Below, piece by piece: positions 27,212 to 38,140 of a stretch of DNA of 64,000 bases. This DNA is from a virus (lineage: Duplodnaviria; Caudoviricetes), in the IMG/VR virus record IMGVR_UViG_2693429913_000006, positions 959-64,958 of that record; one strand, given 5' to 3'. The position numbers were made by a program, and so were the translations under genes. The number at the start of each line of letters is the position of its first letter. Position 1 is the stretch's first letter. The notes beneath the pieces were generated by a model. It was given only the letters and a program-made list of their open reading frames with translations, was not told the origin of the DNA and did not search any database.

Positions 27212-27573
27212 TTAATTTAAAGCCACAGATAAAACAAGCTCTTGAGCGAAATCAAGAGCTTGTTTCTTTGTTGGGTGGGAATCGCATCTATCAATTGACG
27301 GCTCCAAACAAAACAGAGTTTCCACGAATTACCTACTTTGAACTAGTAAATCGTGATGCAGGTTTTGCGGACGATCAATCGATATCAAGTCACATCATGT
27401 TCCAGATATCTATATGGAGTGACGAAGCAAAACACCTATCTTTACTAGGGAATCAAATTGATTTATCTATGAAATCTCTGGGATTTAGTCGTATCTTTTC
27501 TACTGATTTTTACGAGGAAGATACACAGATTTTTCATCGTCCTATGAGATATCGAAAATTGGAGGTTTTATAA
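27208..27573 (+). CDS. tail terminator/completion protein (DUF3168-like)
   Basis: FPRITYFE, FADD, FQISIWS, MKSLGF.R, YEEDT.IFH. Confidence 0.8.
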   Translation: MINLKPQIKQALERNQELVSLLGGNRIYQLTAPNKTEFPRITYFELVNRDAGFADDQSISSHIMFQISIWSDEAKHLSLLGNQIDLSMKSLGFSRIFSTDFYEEDTQIFHRPMRYRKLEVL

Positions 27574-28163
27574 TGGCTGTTCAGGTAGGATTAAAAGATG
27601 TTCATTACGCGATCCTAACGAAAGATGATGTAACAGGGATTGTATACGAAAAACCTGTGCCAATACGCGGCGCGATAAGTGCGAAGATTTCCCCCTCAAG
27701 TAACACCGAAACTCTATACGCTGACGATGGACCGTCCGAAGTGGCCACAGCACTAGGTGAAATCAGTGTTGAGTTAAATATGGCGGACCTTCCTCTCTCT
27801 GTCCAAGCATCACTATTAGGACACAAAATGAAAAACGGAATCTTGATTAAGAGTGCGCAAGATACACCGCCTTATGTTGCCATCGGATTTAAGTCGATGA
27901 AATCAAACGGTCATTATCGTTATATCTGGTTGTACAAAGGGAAGTTCACAACCCCTGAAAGTGAATATCAAACCAAAGAAGATTCACCAAGTTTCCAAAC
28001 ACCAAGCATTCAAGGGGCGTTTGTTAAACGGGATTTTGATGGACATTGGCAAGCAATCGGGGATGAAGATGAAACCGGATTTACGCAAGCTTCTAACTGG
28101 TTTCAAGAAGTTCAAGTTGTGGCTGTTACGGATTCACCAACTCCAGAAAAAAGAGATAATTAA
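27573..28163 (+). CDS. major tail protein (phi13 family)
   Basis: VGLKDVHYA, LYADDGP, PPYVAIGF, RYIWLYKGKF. Confidence 0.92.
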   Translation: MAVQVGLKDVHYAILTKDDVTGIVYEKPVPIRGAISAKISPSSNTETLYADDGPSEVATALGEISVELNMADLPLSVQASLLGHKMKNGILIKSAQDTPPYVAIGFKSMKSNGHYRYIWLYKGKFTTPESEYQTKEDSPSFQTPSIQGAFVKRDFDGHWQAIGDEDETGFTQASNWFQEVQVVAVTDSPTPEKRDN

Positions 28164-28228
28164 ATTCATCGAGGGACCTTGATCTATTTGGATTAAGGTC
28201 CCTCCTTATCTAGATAGGAGAGTTATAT

Positions 28229-28597
28229 ATGTGGGAAATTAAATTGTATTTAGACAAAGAATGGAAAACTTTTTCTACTGACTTTATATCGGGCCGGATG
28301 TTTCGAAAATCTTTAGAGCTAGATGACAGACGGAATAAATTCTTGCAAAAAGCATTGGAACATAAGGAATTAGACCGTGTTGAACAGGACCAGATCGTCA
28401 AAGAACTCTTTTCAGTGATCACTCAGGTGTTTGATAACCAATTTAGTATCGAACAGTATGAGGAAGGCACAGATGCCCGAAAAATAGCGGATCAATCGTG
28501 GTCTATCATTCATGGGATTATCGGGCAAACATTGGAACCTTTATCTAGCTTGGCCAGTGAGGAAGACGATTTAAAAAAGACATTGACGAGCCGTTAG
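28229..28597 (+). CDS. tail assembly chaperone G
   Basis: Between MTP and TMP; ends just after the slippery heptamer. Confidence 0.8.
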   Translation: MWEIKLYLDKEWKTFSTDFISGRMFRKSLELDDRRNKFLQKALEHKELDRVEQDQIVKELFSVITQVFDNQFSIEQYEEGTDARKIADQSWSIIHGIIGQTLEPLSSLASEEDDLKKTLTSR

Positions 28598-28767
28598 CAT
28601 TCCTTCACGACCTCTATCTCTCTCTCATCGAAAAAGGCTGGAAACTTCATGAGATAGATCAGATGGACATTCAGTACTACATGGTGCTGCGCGCTCATGA
28701 GTTGAAATCGAATAAGCAAAAACAAAGCTCAGGAACAGTCTACATAGATCAAATAGGTGTTTTTTAG
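28229..28767 (+). CDS. tail assembly chaperone GT via programmed -1 frameshift at A AAA AAG (28573-28579)
   Basis: TTA AAA AAG in frame 0; the -1 frame is open to TAG 28767 and encodes DIDEPLAFLHDLYLSLIEKGWKLHEIDQMDIQYY. Confidence 0.85.
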
Positions 28768-28783
28768 AAGGGGGGTCTACTGA

Positions 28784-31700
28784 TTGGCAGATCAAGTATT
28801 AGGACGAATCAGGGGCGAGGTGGTCCTTGATGTAAATAATTTTAAGGAAGGCATGAACGAGGTTAACCGCAAGTTACGTTTAGCAAAAAGTGAGTTTGAT
28901 TCAAGCGCGGCGAGGGTTAAAGCGTTTGGGAAAAGCCAAGATGAACTTCATGTTCAAGCGGATTCCTTAAATAGACGACTTGATTTACAGGAACAAAAAG
29001 TAAAGATGTTGTCCCAACGCTACCAAGAAGTTGCGGGTCAGACCGGGAGGCACTCCAAGGAAAGTGAACTTCTTGCAACTCAATTACATAGGGCGAAATT
29101 GGCACAAACAGAAATGGAAGGCGCACTCATGCGTACTCAAAAGGCATTAGATGGAACCGCCGCCACAGCAAAAAAATTTAATCGCGAACTGTTTCAAGTT
29201 CACGACGAAGCCATCGAAGCAGGCATAGCCTTAGGTGTCATGTCCGCGGCTCTTGCCGTAGCATTCGGAAGCACTATTGTAAAGGCGGCTGATTTTGAAT
29301 CACAATTGTCTAACTTGAAAGCTGTTACCAATGCATCCGCTGATGAGATGGAACAGCTACGAAATCAAGCTCTAGAGATGGGCGCGGCAACGAAGTATTC
29401 AGCTTCCGAAGCAGCCGAAGCACAAACCGAATTAGCTAAGGCTGGATTAACGACTACTCAAATATTAAATGGTGGTCTAAGCGGGGCGTTAGCCCTTGCA
29501 TCTGCTGGAGAAATAGAGCTTTCCGAGGCCGCAAAAGTGGCATCTACTGTCTTGAATGCTTTTCGAAAAGATAATCTTAGCGTAGCGGAAGCCGCGGATA
29601 TCTTGGCAGGTGCGGCCGCGGCTTCCGCTACGGACGTAAAAGAGATGAGCCAAGGTTTGTCGCAGGTTTCAGCTGTTGCCGCTTCCGCGGGACTTTCTTT
29701 TCGCGACACTGCAACAGCACTGGCGGTATTTGCGCAGAACGGAATCAAAGGGTCCGATGCTGGAACCAGCTTAAAAACAATGTTGCTAAATTTAACCCCG
29801 TCTTCCAAGGAAGCCGAGGCTGAAATGCGTAAACTAGGTCTTATTACAAAAAAGAATGGAAACCTATTTTTTGACGCACAGGGGCATGTAAAATCGTTTG
29901 CGGATGTCTCAGAGATTTTGCATAAAAAGTTAGGGAAGTTGACCGATGAACAGCGGAACCTAGCACTAAAGACGATGTTCGGAACGGATGCCGTTCGTGC
30001 GGCAAATATTGCATTTACGGCAGGAGCCGAGGGTGTGCGTACGATGAATCGAGAGTTGAGCAAGACGACTGCCGCGCAAATATCAAAAACCAAGATGGAT
30101 AATTTAAAAGGGACGATAGAAGAGTTGAAGGGGTCGTTTGAAACCCTTCAAATTCAAATGGGTTCAGCTTTTCTACCCACGGTCCGAAATCTAGCACAAG
30201 GAATGAAGGGTATAGTAGATTGGTTCGGTAAGCTATCCCCTACTACTAAGGAAGCTATCGGTGTATTTGTAGGAACTACGGCCGCGGTGTTGGGCTTCGG
30301 TGCAGCTGTTGCTGGGGTCATAGCCATAGCAAACCCCTTTGTGGGGGCCGTCGTGGGAATTGGTGTTGCCGTCGGAGGAATCGCGGCTACTTTCCATAAA
30401 GCCAACGAAGATATGCGGCAAACGGAGGAAAATACAAGACGGTTCGGAATCGGTGTCTCAGAAGGAACACGGAAAGCGGCTGACGGATTCCTTGTCCTTA
30501 GAGATCAGGCCATTTTCAATTTGTCCCAACTACGTTCAGCCAGTGGAGCGGAAGCGAAAAAGGTTGTTGATGAAACGGTCGCCATATTTTCACAGATGGG
30601 CAATAAGATTGTTGATGCTCTTAATAAAAGTAAAGTAGATTTACAGCGTGTAATGGCTGGTTTATTGGCGGAATTACCGGGTGAAGTAAAACCGGCAATC
30701 GATAACATTGAGAAACGAGCCAAGTTTACTATAGATGCCCAAACGAAACAAATACTAGATTCGTTAAAAGTAGTACATGAAGGATTAAATAAATTTCAGG
30801 GCGATACATCAAAGATGTCTAGTAGTTTCGCCGCAGAGTTTAAAAAAGCCCTTAATGACTTAAACGAAGGCGCGCGTGTATTCGTGCAAAAAATGGACGA
30901 CCTCAATAGTTTTATGGGGAAAATTCAGGAACAGTCTGGAAAGATTTCGGCTGATGGTGCGAAGAAATTTGTTAGGGATATCGAATCCACTTATGAAGGC
31001 GCAAAAAAAGCCGCGCAAGATTGGGCCGTTGAACAGAGGAAAACCATTGAGCAACTTGTATCTTCAAAGGCAATGAATCCAAGTGATGGCGAAGCTTCAC
31101 TCAAAGCCGTGGAGTATTTGGAGCGTCAAAGGATTGCGACTGTACAGAAAGTGCGAGCGGAAGGTCTAACCGCGTTAGAATCGTCATTGTCGCAGGAAGC
31201 ACTTTTAGTTAATGTCAAAACTGGTGAGATGCTTGAAACATGGAAACAATACGGGAATCAAGCTGTTCCCGTTCCTGCTGCGGAGAGATTGGCAGAAGGA
31301 AAGGCCCTATGGAGTGCATATTTCGATGATATGCGTAACAAAACAAAGGAATCTACTGATGCCGCAAAACAGAGCTATGACTCTATGGTGACAGACTTTA
31401 ACGAAAAAGGTTTACTCCTACGGGAATCCGCAAAAGTCGATCTTACACTTGAGGGAATGGGAACAGCCACGTCATTTGCGAACGGCCTAAAAGCTGGATC
31501 GGTTAGTGTTAATAGTGTGGCCGCACAATTAGGGTTAGATATTTCAAGCGGCGTTCAGGTGGATTTGGGTAGCGAGGGGAAACATACTGTACAATCTTTG
31601 GTTGAGGGCCTACAGTCTGGAAAAATCGGAGTGTCCACTTTTATAGTCGGTGTCCAAAAATTATTGAAAACCGAAGCTAATCTACAGCTGACACCAGAAG

Positions 31701-32266
31701 GACAGAAGACAATGAGGACCTACCAAGGTGGGCTACAAAGTGGTTCCTCAGCTATAAATAGATTAACTTTAGGACTATCTAGAGATGTTAAAGCTAATCT
31801 ATCATTTGATGCGTCAAGTGTTGGTTCTAACATCTCTAGAAGTATGGCGGGTGGCATTGCAAGCGGTCGATCTAGCGTCATCAATTCGGCGATTGATATA
31901 GCTAGAAGTGCATTGTCAAAGATGAAATCAGTACTAGGAATTAACTCGCCTTCTAAGGAGTTCATGAAAATCGGGGCAGGGGTGAGTGAAGGGTTCGCCT
32001 TGGGGATGATTCGAAATGTGGGCATAGTCCAAAACGCAGCGGTTTCCTTATCGAAAGCAGCTGAACCAATGGAGATGAGAAATAGTACAACCTCTATCTC
32101 TTCCGCCCAACCATCGCCTATTTCAACTATACAGCCAAGTACACATATCACGATTAATCATCCTGTGATACGGGAAGAACAAGATATTCAAAAATTAGTA
32201 GCGGAAGTGGAACGCGCACAATCTTTAAAACTTCGATCTCAGGGGGTGGTGAACGTTGGCTATTAA
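28784..32266 (+). CDS. tail tape measure protein (TP901-type core)
   Basis: 1160 aa, Ala-rich; AADFESQLS, TKYSASEAAEA, GIKGSDAGTSLK, GINSPSK. Confidence 0.95.
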   Translation: MADQVLGRIRGEVVLDVNNFKEGMNEVNRKLRLAKSEFDSSAARVKAFGKSQDELHVQADSLNRRLDLQEQKVKMLSQRYQEVAGQTGRHSKESELLATQLHRAKLAQTEMEGALMRTQKALDGTAATAKKFNRELFQVHDEAIEAGIALGVMSAALAVAFGSTIVKAADFESQLSNLKAVTNASADEMEQLRNQALEMGAATKYSASEAAEAQTELAKAGLTTTQILNGGLSGALALASAGEIELSEAAKVASTVLNAFRKDNLSVAEAADILAGAAAASATDVKEMSQGLSQVSAVAASAGLSFRDTATALAVFAQNGIKGSDAGTSLKTMLLNLTPSSKEAEAEMRKLGLITKKNGNLFFDAQGHVKSFADVSEILHKKLGKLTDEQRNLALKTMFGTDAVRAANIAFTAGAEGVRTMNRELSKTTAAQISKTKMDNLKGTIEELKGSFETLQIQMGSAFLPTVRNLAQGMKGIVDWFGKLSPTTKEAIGVFVGTTAAVLGFGAAVAGVIAIANPFVGAVVGIGVAVGGIAATFHKANEDMRQTEENTRRFGIGVSEGTRKAADGFLVLRDQAIFNLSQLRSASGAEAKKVVDETVAIFSQMGNKIVDALNKSKVDLQRVMAGLLAELPGEVKPAIDNIEKRAKFTIDAQTKQILDSLKVVHEGLNKFQGDTSKMSSSFAAEFKKALNDLNEGARVFVQKMDDLNSFMGKIQEQSGKISADGAKKFVRDIESTYEGAKKAAQDWAVEQRKTIEQLVSSKAMNPSDGEASLKAVEYLERQRIATVQKVRAEGLTALESSLSQEALLVNVKTGEMLETWKQYGNQAVPVPAAERLAEGKALWSAYFDDMRNKTKESTDAAKQSYDSMVTDFNEKGLLLRESAKVDLTLEGMGTATSFANGLKAGSVSVNSVAAQLGLDISSGVQVDLGSEGKHTVQSLVEGLQSGKIGVSTFIVGVQKLLKTEANLQLTPEGQKTMRTYQGGLQSGSSAINRLTLGLSRDVKANLSFDASSVGSNISRSMAGGIASGRSSVINSAIDIARSALSKMKSVLGINSPSKEFMKIGAGVSEGFALGMIRNVGIVQNAAVSLSKAAEPMEMRNSTTSISSAQPSPISTIQPSTHITINHPVIREEQDIQKLVAEVERAQSLKLRSQGVVNVGY

Positions 32267-33680
32267 GTTCGCGAATAAGGATTTACCCTCGTTTGTAGGC
32301 GGGACTGTGAGTCGTCCTTTGTTGCCACCGATAACTCAATCACTTACTACAGTTCCAGCGAAATCAGGTAGCATTGATTCAGGGAATTCATTAGGGAATC
32401 TCCCTATAACCTTTGAGTATTGGATTACCTATACTGATAAAGATGATCTAGCTGTCAAATGTCGAGAGTTCGGAAAGTGGCTCTATTATGAGACCGCCCA
32501 ACCTTTAGAACTACTCCACGATCCGGGTAAAATCTATCTTGCCAAAGTCACCGGAGATACTGGGAAAGCAGATCGGAACCGTGTAAGTAAAGGAGTAATT
32601 AATTTTCTTTGTACCGATCCACACGTATATTCATTAGAGAAAAAACAGGACCTTTTGATTGATAACACTGTTTCGAATAACGGTGATATACCGTCATGTC
32701 CTATCATAGACTTTACCTTTTCGGAGTCCTCCACGATTTTTGCGATAGCAACCGATGACGATCAAATGGTGTTTGGACAGCCGGAAGAAGTGGGGTCTAT
32801 TGTTCCTCAGCCGCAACAAATTTTGATAGTAGGGGACACGATGGATACAACAAATGGATGGGGACAAGGGCGGAGTATCGATGGAGATATAATGGGTACA
32901 ATGATTTCTACTAATGGTCAATTTCGCGCTAATTCCTATGGAGAAAGTGACGGATGGCATGGCCCCGCCCTCACGAAAAATCTTGGAGATAGAAAGATTC
33001 AGGACTTCACCTTTCAAATGTTTGTGTCATTTGCCGCAGGTCACAATGAGCAAATGGGATGTGTTGAAGCTTATCTCTTTGATGAAAAAAACAACCGGGT
33101 TGGAAAAATCGGTCTATCTGATGTGCAAACCAATATAAATGATCCTGTCTTTCAAGCGAGAGCCGGATCAAATCTATTCATGAAGTCATCGCAGAAGGTT
33201 CGTAGAGGGAGATACGCCCCTAGCTTCTATGGTCGGCTAACACTACAACGGATTGGGCGGAAGTGGTGGGCCGAAATCGGAATAAGAGATGTTGAGCGAA
33301 ACATAATACACGGGCGCACATCCGATTCCTATTACGATGTTGATGGTAAGAACATGAAGCCTATAGCTTACATACAGGTCCACATAGGCGCGTATGGAAA
33401 GAGAAAGCCTATAGATGTTTGTGGTATCGAATCAGTTTATTTTTTCGAAGAAAACCACATTGATCCTGTTAAGCAAGTTCCTATTATTTTTGTTCCGGGT
33501 GATCGGCTAACAGTCGATTCCACGAATGGAACTGTTACGAAAAATGATGATCCTTTTTGGACTTTTGATAGTTTTTCTACCTTTCCAGTACTAAAGCAAG
33601 GTTCAAATAAATTCACGATAGCCCCTTCCGATATCGTCAAAGAAGCACATATCCGATACCGTGAGGGGTGGAGATCGTGA
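32256..33680 (+). CDS. distal tail protein (Dit) with internal insertion domain
   Basis: Follows TMP; DPGKIYLA, INFLCTDPHVY, C-terminal FP.L..G.N; 474 aa indicates an inserted domain. Confidence 0.8.
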   Translation: MAIKFANKDLPSFVGGTVSRPLLPPITQSLTTVPAKSGSIDSGNSLGNLPITFEYWITYTDKDDLAVKCREFGKWLYYETAQPLELLHDPGKIYLAKVTGDTGKADRNRVSKGVINFLCTDPHVYSLEKKQDLLIDNTVSNNGDIPSCPIIDFTFSESSTIFAIATDDDQMVFGQPEEVGSIVPQPQQILIVGDTMDTTNGWGQGRSIDGDIMGTMISTNGQFRANSYGESDGWHGPALTKNLGDRKIQDFTFQMFVSFAAGHNEQMGCVEAYLFDEKNNRVGKIGLSDVQTNINDPVFQARAGSNLFMKSSQKVRRGRYAPSFYGRLTLQRIGRKWWAEIGIRDVERNIIHGRTSDSYYDVDGKNMKPIAYIQVHIGAYGKRKPIDVCGIESVYFFEENHIDPVKQVPIIFVPGDRLTVDSTNGTVTKNDDPFWTFDSFSTFPVLKQGSNKFTIAPSDIVKEAHIRYREGWRS

Positions 33681-36130
33681 CAACGACGATATATGTATTG
33701 GATAAACAAGAGCAGGCTATAGGCGTGATGGATAATCGCCTAACAGATGGGCTTCGTTTTTATGACGAGGTTCTTACTACAAAATTAGAATTTGGCTATA
33801 TGGATTTTTCGTTTAGCGTTCCAATGGACCACGCGCAATCGTCCATTATCCAAAAGGAACATCTGCTTATTGTTCCGGCGGAAGATGGGAAACGATTTCT
33901 TTTTCGAATCAAACAGAGGAAGCGGAACACGAAAACGAAGAGGATGGATGTATGGTGTGAAGGCGCGCAATCCACCGACCTAATCAGTAGCTATGTTGAT
34001 CCTATTAACCTTATCGCAACATCTCTTGAAAATGGCTTAAAGACGGTTCTGTCACGGACTGATTGGACCGTAGGTAAGATTGAGTATTCGGGGATCAGAG
34101 ACATTGATTTCAGCGATCACCCTAACTGCTTTGCAGCTATTCAAGAACTGGCAACAACATTTGGAATGGAGATAGAGTATGAGGTAGTTTTCGATGGTTT
34201 ACATATCAATCGAAAAATAGTCCATATGGTGAAAAGACGGGGCGAAAGTACCGGGAAGGTTTTTCGTGTGGGACAGGACATAGAAGAAATTCAAGTGAAT
34301 GAGGACTCTATTCCTTTGTTTACGGCTATTGTCCCCATTGGTAAAAGCGATTCGGCCAATAAGCCTATGACATTGGAAACTTACAACCCTACCTATGTTG
34401 AGGACGGGTACGAGAAGCGAGATAAATGGATCGGGAGTCTAGAAGCCTTCCAAAACTATCATCTAAATGGGAAACATAGGTTCTTTATCTACAGAGATGA
34501 TAAGGCTCAATCTCAAGCCGAATTGTTTATAAATGGTTTAGAGGAATTGAAAAAAATTAGCAAACCGAAAGACTCGTATACCTTGAATGTATTTTTACTG
34601 GAAGAGCTTTCTGGGCTAGAAGCTCATCGTGTACGCCTTGGGGATTCCCTTCGAATTGACGCCCGTGGAGATGGAATACTAGCTCAAGCGCGTGTAAGCG
34701 TGTGGACGCGTAGCCTACAGGATAAAAAGAAATCTACCGTTACTTTGTCAGAGGTAATAAATACGTCTCCTGCATCCTATCAAAGTGAAGTCCAGCGGCT
34801 GAAAGCCATTATACAGCGCAATGAAAAGGCTTGGACAAAAGCAAGTGAAAGCACTCAATCGGCTTTCGATAAAATGGATGCTGCACAGGCTGGATTTAGC
34901 ACACTTTATGTAGGCGAAGTAATATCTCCTTCGGTTGTTTCCTATCGAGATGAGGATATTGTATTTAAAGTCGATCCCGTAAATGGGGATGACATCAATA
35001 ATGGAATTCATGCGCCGAAAAGAACACTATCCGCGGTGTTTCAAGCCGTACCTAGATATAACGATGCTTTTATAACTGTTCAGGTACTGGGTGATAATCA
35101 AATCATCTATGAGAATCCAGAGCTTAAAGGGATATCGGGCGGCGGAAGGGTCCAAATTGATGTTGGTAAAAGTAATAAGCTTATGGGTCGTATGTTCATT
35201 CGGAATTGTACAAACACACTATATCTGAATGATATAACCTATCAAAATCAAACAGTCTTTGAAAGTGCCAAAGCCGAAGGGATGCTCAATATTTATAATG
35301 CGGCTTCCGTCTTTATGCGGAATGTATTTATTGACTCTATGCCGAAAAGCAATCTGATGTATGGGATTCTTGTTCAATCTTCATATGTACGCATAGAGGA
35401 TTCCGAAAGCTATAACGGATCAGAAGCTCAATTGTGTTTGCAATACGGGGCGCGAGGAGACCTTTATAGGGAAGGTCTAAAAGGAGCAGGCGGCAAATTC
35501 GGGGCGTTAGTTTCCTTTAGTTCAACGCTAGGCGGAATGAATACATCGTACTGCCCTAAACCGGGTGTTACTACTATCTACGGCGGTTATTGTGGGGTTA
35601 GCTTTAGAACAGATGATCCACCAGTTGTAGAGCCGGAAAAACCACCAGTTAAAAAAACCTATACCAGTACGTGGACAGCTTCCTCTACTGGATCATGGAA
35701 CACAAACAAAAACTATTGGAGAACCGATGATAATAGTGTGCGTCAAGGTGAGTACGGGTTCGGGAATTGGAAAGGGGTCGCCTTTTTTGATTCATCTATA
35801 AAAAACGATCTAGCTGGATCAATCATCAAATCCGTTGATATATATCTGTCTCGTGAAAAAGGTGGGATAATTGCACCTCAATCTCTAAATTTGTACACAC
35901 ATAATGCCACTAGCAAGAGTACGACTAATCCCTCATTGACTATTGTGAAAGCGAATGCGGCTTCATATGGTGTTACCAAAAAAGATTGGTTTTCTGCTCC
36001 AATAAGTGTGGGGGAACGGATACGAGACGGCGAAGCGAAAGGAATAGCCGTCTATGATGGGGATGGGAAACCATACATGGTTTTCGGTGGTGGATCTGAT
36101 GTAAAATTGAGAATCACTTATGAGAAATAA
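33668..36130 (+). CDS. tail spike / Tal-like protein fused to a putative receptor-binding region
   Basis: Prophage-tail endopeptidase-like N-half (LFTAIVPIGK, VRLGD), then VDPVNGDD.NNG beta-helix-like region and C-terminal domain. Confidence 0.75.
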   Translation: MEIVTTTIYVLDKQEQAIGVMDNRLTDGLRFYDEVLTTKLEFGYMDFSFSVPMDHAQSSIIQKEHLLIVPAEDGKRFLFRIKQRKRNTKTKRMDVWCEGAQSTDLISSYVDPINLIATSLENGLKTVLSRTDWTVGKIEYSGIRDIDFSDHPNCFAAIQELATTFGMEIEYEVVFDGLHINRKIVHMVKRRGESTGKVFRVGQDIEEIQVNEDSIPLFTAIVPIGKSDSANKPMTLETYNPTYVEDGYEKRDKWIGSLEAFQNYHLNGKHRFFIYRDDKAQSQAELFINGLEELKKISKPKDSYTLNVFLLEELSGLEAHRVRLGDSLRIDARGDGILAQARVSVWTRSLQDKKKSTVTLSEVINTSPASYQSEVQRLKAIIQRNEKAWTKASESTQSAFDKMDAAQAGFSTLYVGEVISPSVVSYRDEDIVFKVDPVNGDDINNGIHAPKRTLSAVFQAVPRYNDAFITVQVLGDNQIIYENPELKGISGGGRVQIDVGKSNKLMGRMFIRNCTNTLYLNDITYQNQTVFESAKAEGMLNIYNAASVFMRNVFIDSMPKSNLMYGILVQSSYVRIEDSESYNGSEAQLCLQYGARGDLYREGLKGAGGKFGALVSFSSTLGGMNTSYCPKPGVTTIYGGYCGVSFRTDDPPVVEPEKPPVKKTYTSTWTASSTGSWNTNKNYWRTDDNSVRQGEYGFGNWKGVAFFDSSIKNDLAGSIIKSVDIYLSREKGGIIAPQSLNLYTHNATSKSTTNPSLTIVKANAASYGVTKKDWFSAPISVGERIRDGEAKGIAVYDGDGKPYMVFGGGSDVKLRITYEK

Positions 36131-36467
36131 GGGGAATCCGCCTATGTTGCCTTACAATGAGATGATCCAATTAGATAGATTGATACATGAACCAGCTAGA
36201 TTAGCGATTATGAGTTGTCTTAAATCCTATTCAATGCTGGAGTTTTTGCTTTTGGGAGAATTAATAAACCTGACTTACGGCAATTTATCAAGTCATCTAT
36301 CTAAATTGGAGAAAGCCGGATATGTCCATATTGAAAAATCATTTATTCAAAAGAAGAAGGCTCAAACCTCTGTGCGCATTACTCCACAGGGACTACATGC
36401 ATTAAATAAATACTGGAAACAAATAGATTATATTAGGAGTGAAATAGAACGGATTGAACATTCTTAA
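36120..36467 (+). CDS. winged-helix transcriptional regulator (HTH_34/MarR-like)
   Basis: LDRLIHEPARLAIMS.L..F..L....NLTYGNLSSHLSKLEKAGYV.IEKSF....T...IT..G. Confidence 0.88.
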   Translation: MRNKGNPPMLPYNEMIQLDRLIHEPARLAIMSCLKSYSMLEFLLLGELINLTYGNLSSHLSKLEKAGYVHIEKSFIQKKKAQTSVRITPQGLHALNKYWKQIDYIRSEIERIEHS

Positions 36468-36551
36468 TTCATTTCCCTATAATGTTTCAACGAGAAGGAA
36501 GGTGATATTTTTACCCCTATAGCTTAGATTGGTTTATCAGGAGGAAGTATA

Positions 36552-37016
36552 GTGTTGGAAATGGATAAGTTTTACGCAGGTTTTGTATTTGTTATCGGTG
36601 TGATAGGCTCATACCTGCTTGGTGGATGGGATTTGTCCATGCAGGCTCTAGGTGTCCTAGTTGTGTTTGATTATATAACGGGTATGTCTGCATCCATCCA
36701 TGAGGGTAAATTAAACTCTCATACTGGTTATAAAGGAATAATGAAAAAAGTAGTTATTTTCATAGTGGTTGGAGCGGCCTATTGGGTTGGGAAGCTGGCT
36801 ATGGGAGATGGCGGAAAATACCTACGTGATGGGACGATAGTCTTTTACGCTGTGAATGAGTTGATATCTATAATCGAAAATGTTTCGCGGATGGGCATTC
36901 CTGTGCCTGATATCCTCGTTAGGACGATTGAAAACGTGAAAAACCGGGAAAAGAAAGTGCAGGAAGATATACCGCCGCCAACGGAACCACCAACGAATCA
37001 AAATAAATCTGCTTAG
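36552..37016 (+). CDS. holin (phage_holin_4 type)
   Basis: LLGGWD, DYITG, LNS..G.KGI.KK, FY..NE.ISI.EN..RMGIPVP. Confidence 0.92.
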   Translation: MLEMDKFYAGFVFVIGVIGSYLLGGWDLSMQALGVLVVFDYITGMSASIHEGKLNSHTGYKGIMKKVVIFIVVGAAYWVGKLAMGDGGKYLRDGTIVFYAVNELISIIENVSRMGIPVPDILVRTIENVKNREKKVQEDIPPPTEPPTNQNKSA

Positions 37017-37076
37017 GCTAGGGAGTCGATTTCGGCTCTCTTTTATGTTCAAAAAATCAACTAGAGGTGACAGCAT

Positions 37077-38084
37077 ATGGCATGGACATATGGAAAACTA
37101 TTTAATTCAGCAAGCGATTTTTTATCATACTTAAACGATAATCTTAGAGCTACTATCACAGAGACACATGTCCATCACACCGCCGCACCTAATCATGCGA
37201 ATTGGAATAGTGATGTAAAAAAACATGGTGCAGGCGCATATTTAGCCCGACAGAATTCAATGAGAAGTCATCACATGAATGTGAGAGGATTTTCTGATAT
37301 AGCTCAACATATTACCATCTATCCAGATGGTAATATCATGACTGGTCGGAATCCAAATATCCCACCAGCTAGTGCCACAGGCTACAACGATTCTGATCCA
37401 GATAACAAACATCCGTTTATGTTCGAGATGGTAGGAAACTTTGACAAGGGACACGATGTACTACAAGGTTCACAGCTTCAATCAGCCGTAGAGGTTTGTA
37501 GATATTTATTAGGCAAAGGTGCGCGGATTCGTTTCCATCGTCAATGTACAATCAATGGAAAAGCACCTAAAACCTGTCCCGGGACAGGTGTAGATTATGA
37601 TTGGTTTGTAGGACTGTGTAGATCAGGTACCACTATACCAGCTACATCACCATCAACTCCAACTACATCGGGATCATCTGCTCCCCGTACTCTTAGATAT
37701 AAAAGTCCTATGATGCGCGGCGAAGATGTTGTTAGGCTTCAAAAATTGCTAGGTATTAAAGCGGATGGTCTTTTCGGTCCTGATACCGATAAAGCAGTAA
37801 GGTATTTCCAAAGATCGAAAGGTTTGGCGGTTGATGGTATTGTTGGAGCTAGAACGAGGGCCGCGCTTAATGGTGTGAAGAAAACATCCCTAAAGTACCC
37901 CGGAACCATCTTGAAAGAAGGTTCTAGGGGTGGGTATGTAAAGATGATCCAGTCTAAACTAGGTGTACGGGCAGACGGAATATTTGGCCCGAAAACTGAA
38001 GCCGCTGTTAAAAGTTTTCAACGTAGAAAAGGACTATCTGTCGATGGTAAGGTTGGCCCGAAGACTTGGGCGGCGATGTTTTAA
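37077..38084 (+). CDS. endolysin: amidase_2-like catalytic domain plus two peptidoglycan-binding domains
   Basis: HVHHT, H...RGFSDIAQH, EMVGNFD, FH..KTCPG; two DG.FGP.T..AV..FQ...GL.VDG.VG repeats. Confidence 0.92.
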   Translation: MAWTYGKLFNSASDFLSYLNDNLRATITETHVHHTAAPNHANWNSDVKKHGAGAYLARQNSMRSHHMNVRGFSDIAQHITIYPDGNIMTGRNPNIPPASATGYNDSDPDNKHPFMFEMVGNFDKGHDVLQGSQLQSAVEVCRYLLGKGARIRFHRQCTINGKAPKTCPGTGVDYDWFVGLCRSGTTIPATSPSTPTTSGSSAPRTLRYKSPMMRGEDVVRLQKLLGIKADGLFGPDTDKAVRYFQRSKGLAVDGIVGARTRAALNGVKKTSLKYPGTILKEGSRGGYVKMIQSKLGVRADGIFGPKTEAAVKSFQRRKGLSVDGKVGPKTWAAMF

Positions 38085-38090
38085 ACCATA

Positions 38091-38136
38091 AAATAAATAA
38101 AAAGCTATCTCTTACGAGGTGGCTTTTTATTTATTT
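38091..38136. terminator. terminator after the lysis cassette
   Basis: AAATAAATAAAAAGCTATCTC-TTAC-GAGGTGGCTTTTTATTTATTT. Confidence 0.8.
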
Positions 38137-38140
38137 CAAA

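Noticed and set aside
29458-30093. 211-aa antisense ORF within the tape measure gene, and similar shadow ORFs in dnaB, protease, resolvases and parR
   Set aside because: Opposite-strand shadows of well-supported genes, with no RBS or recognisable motifs
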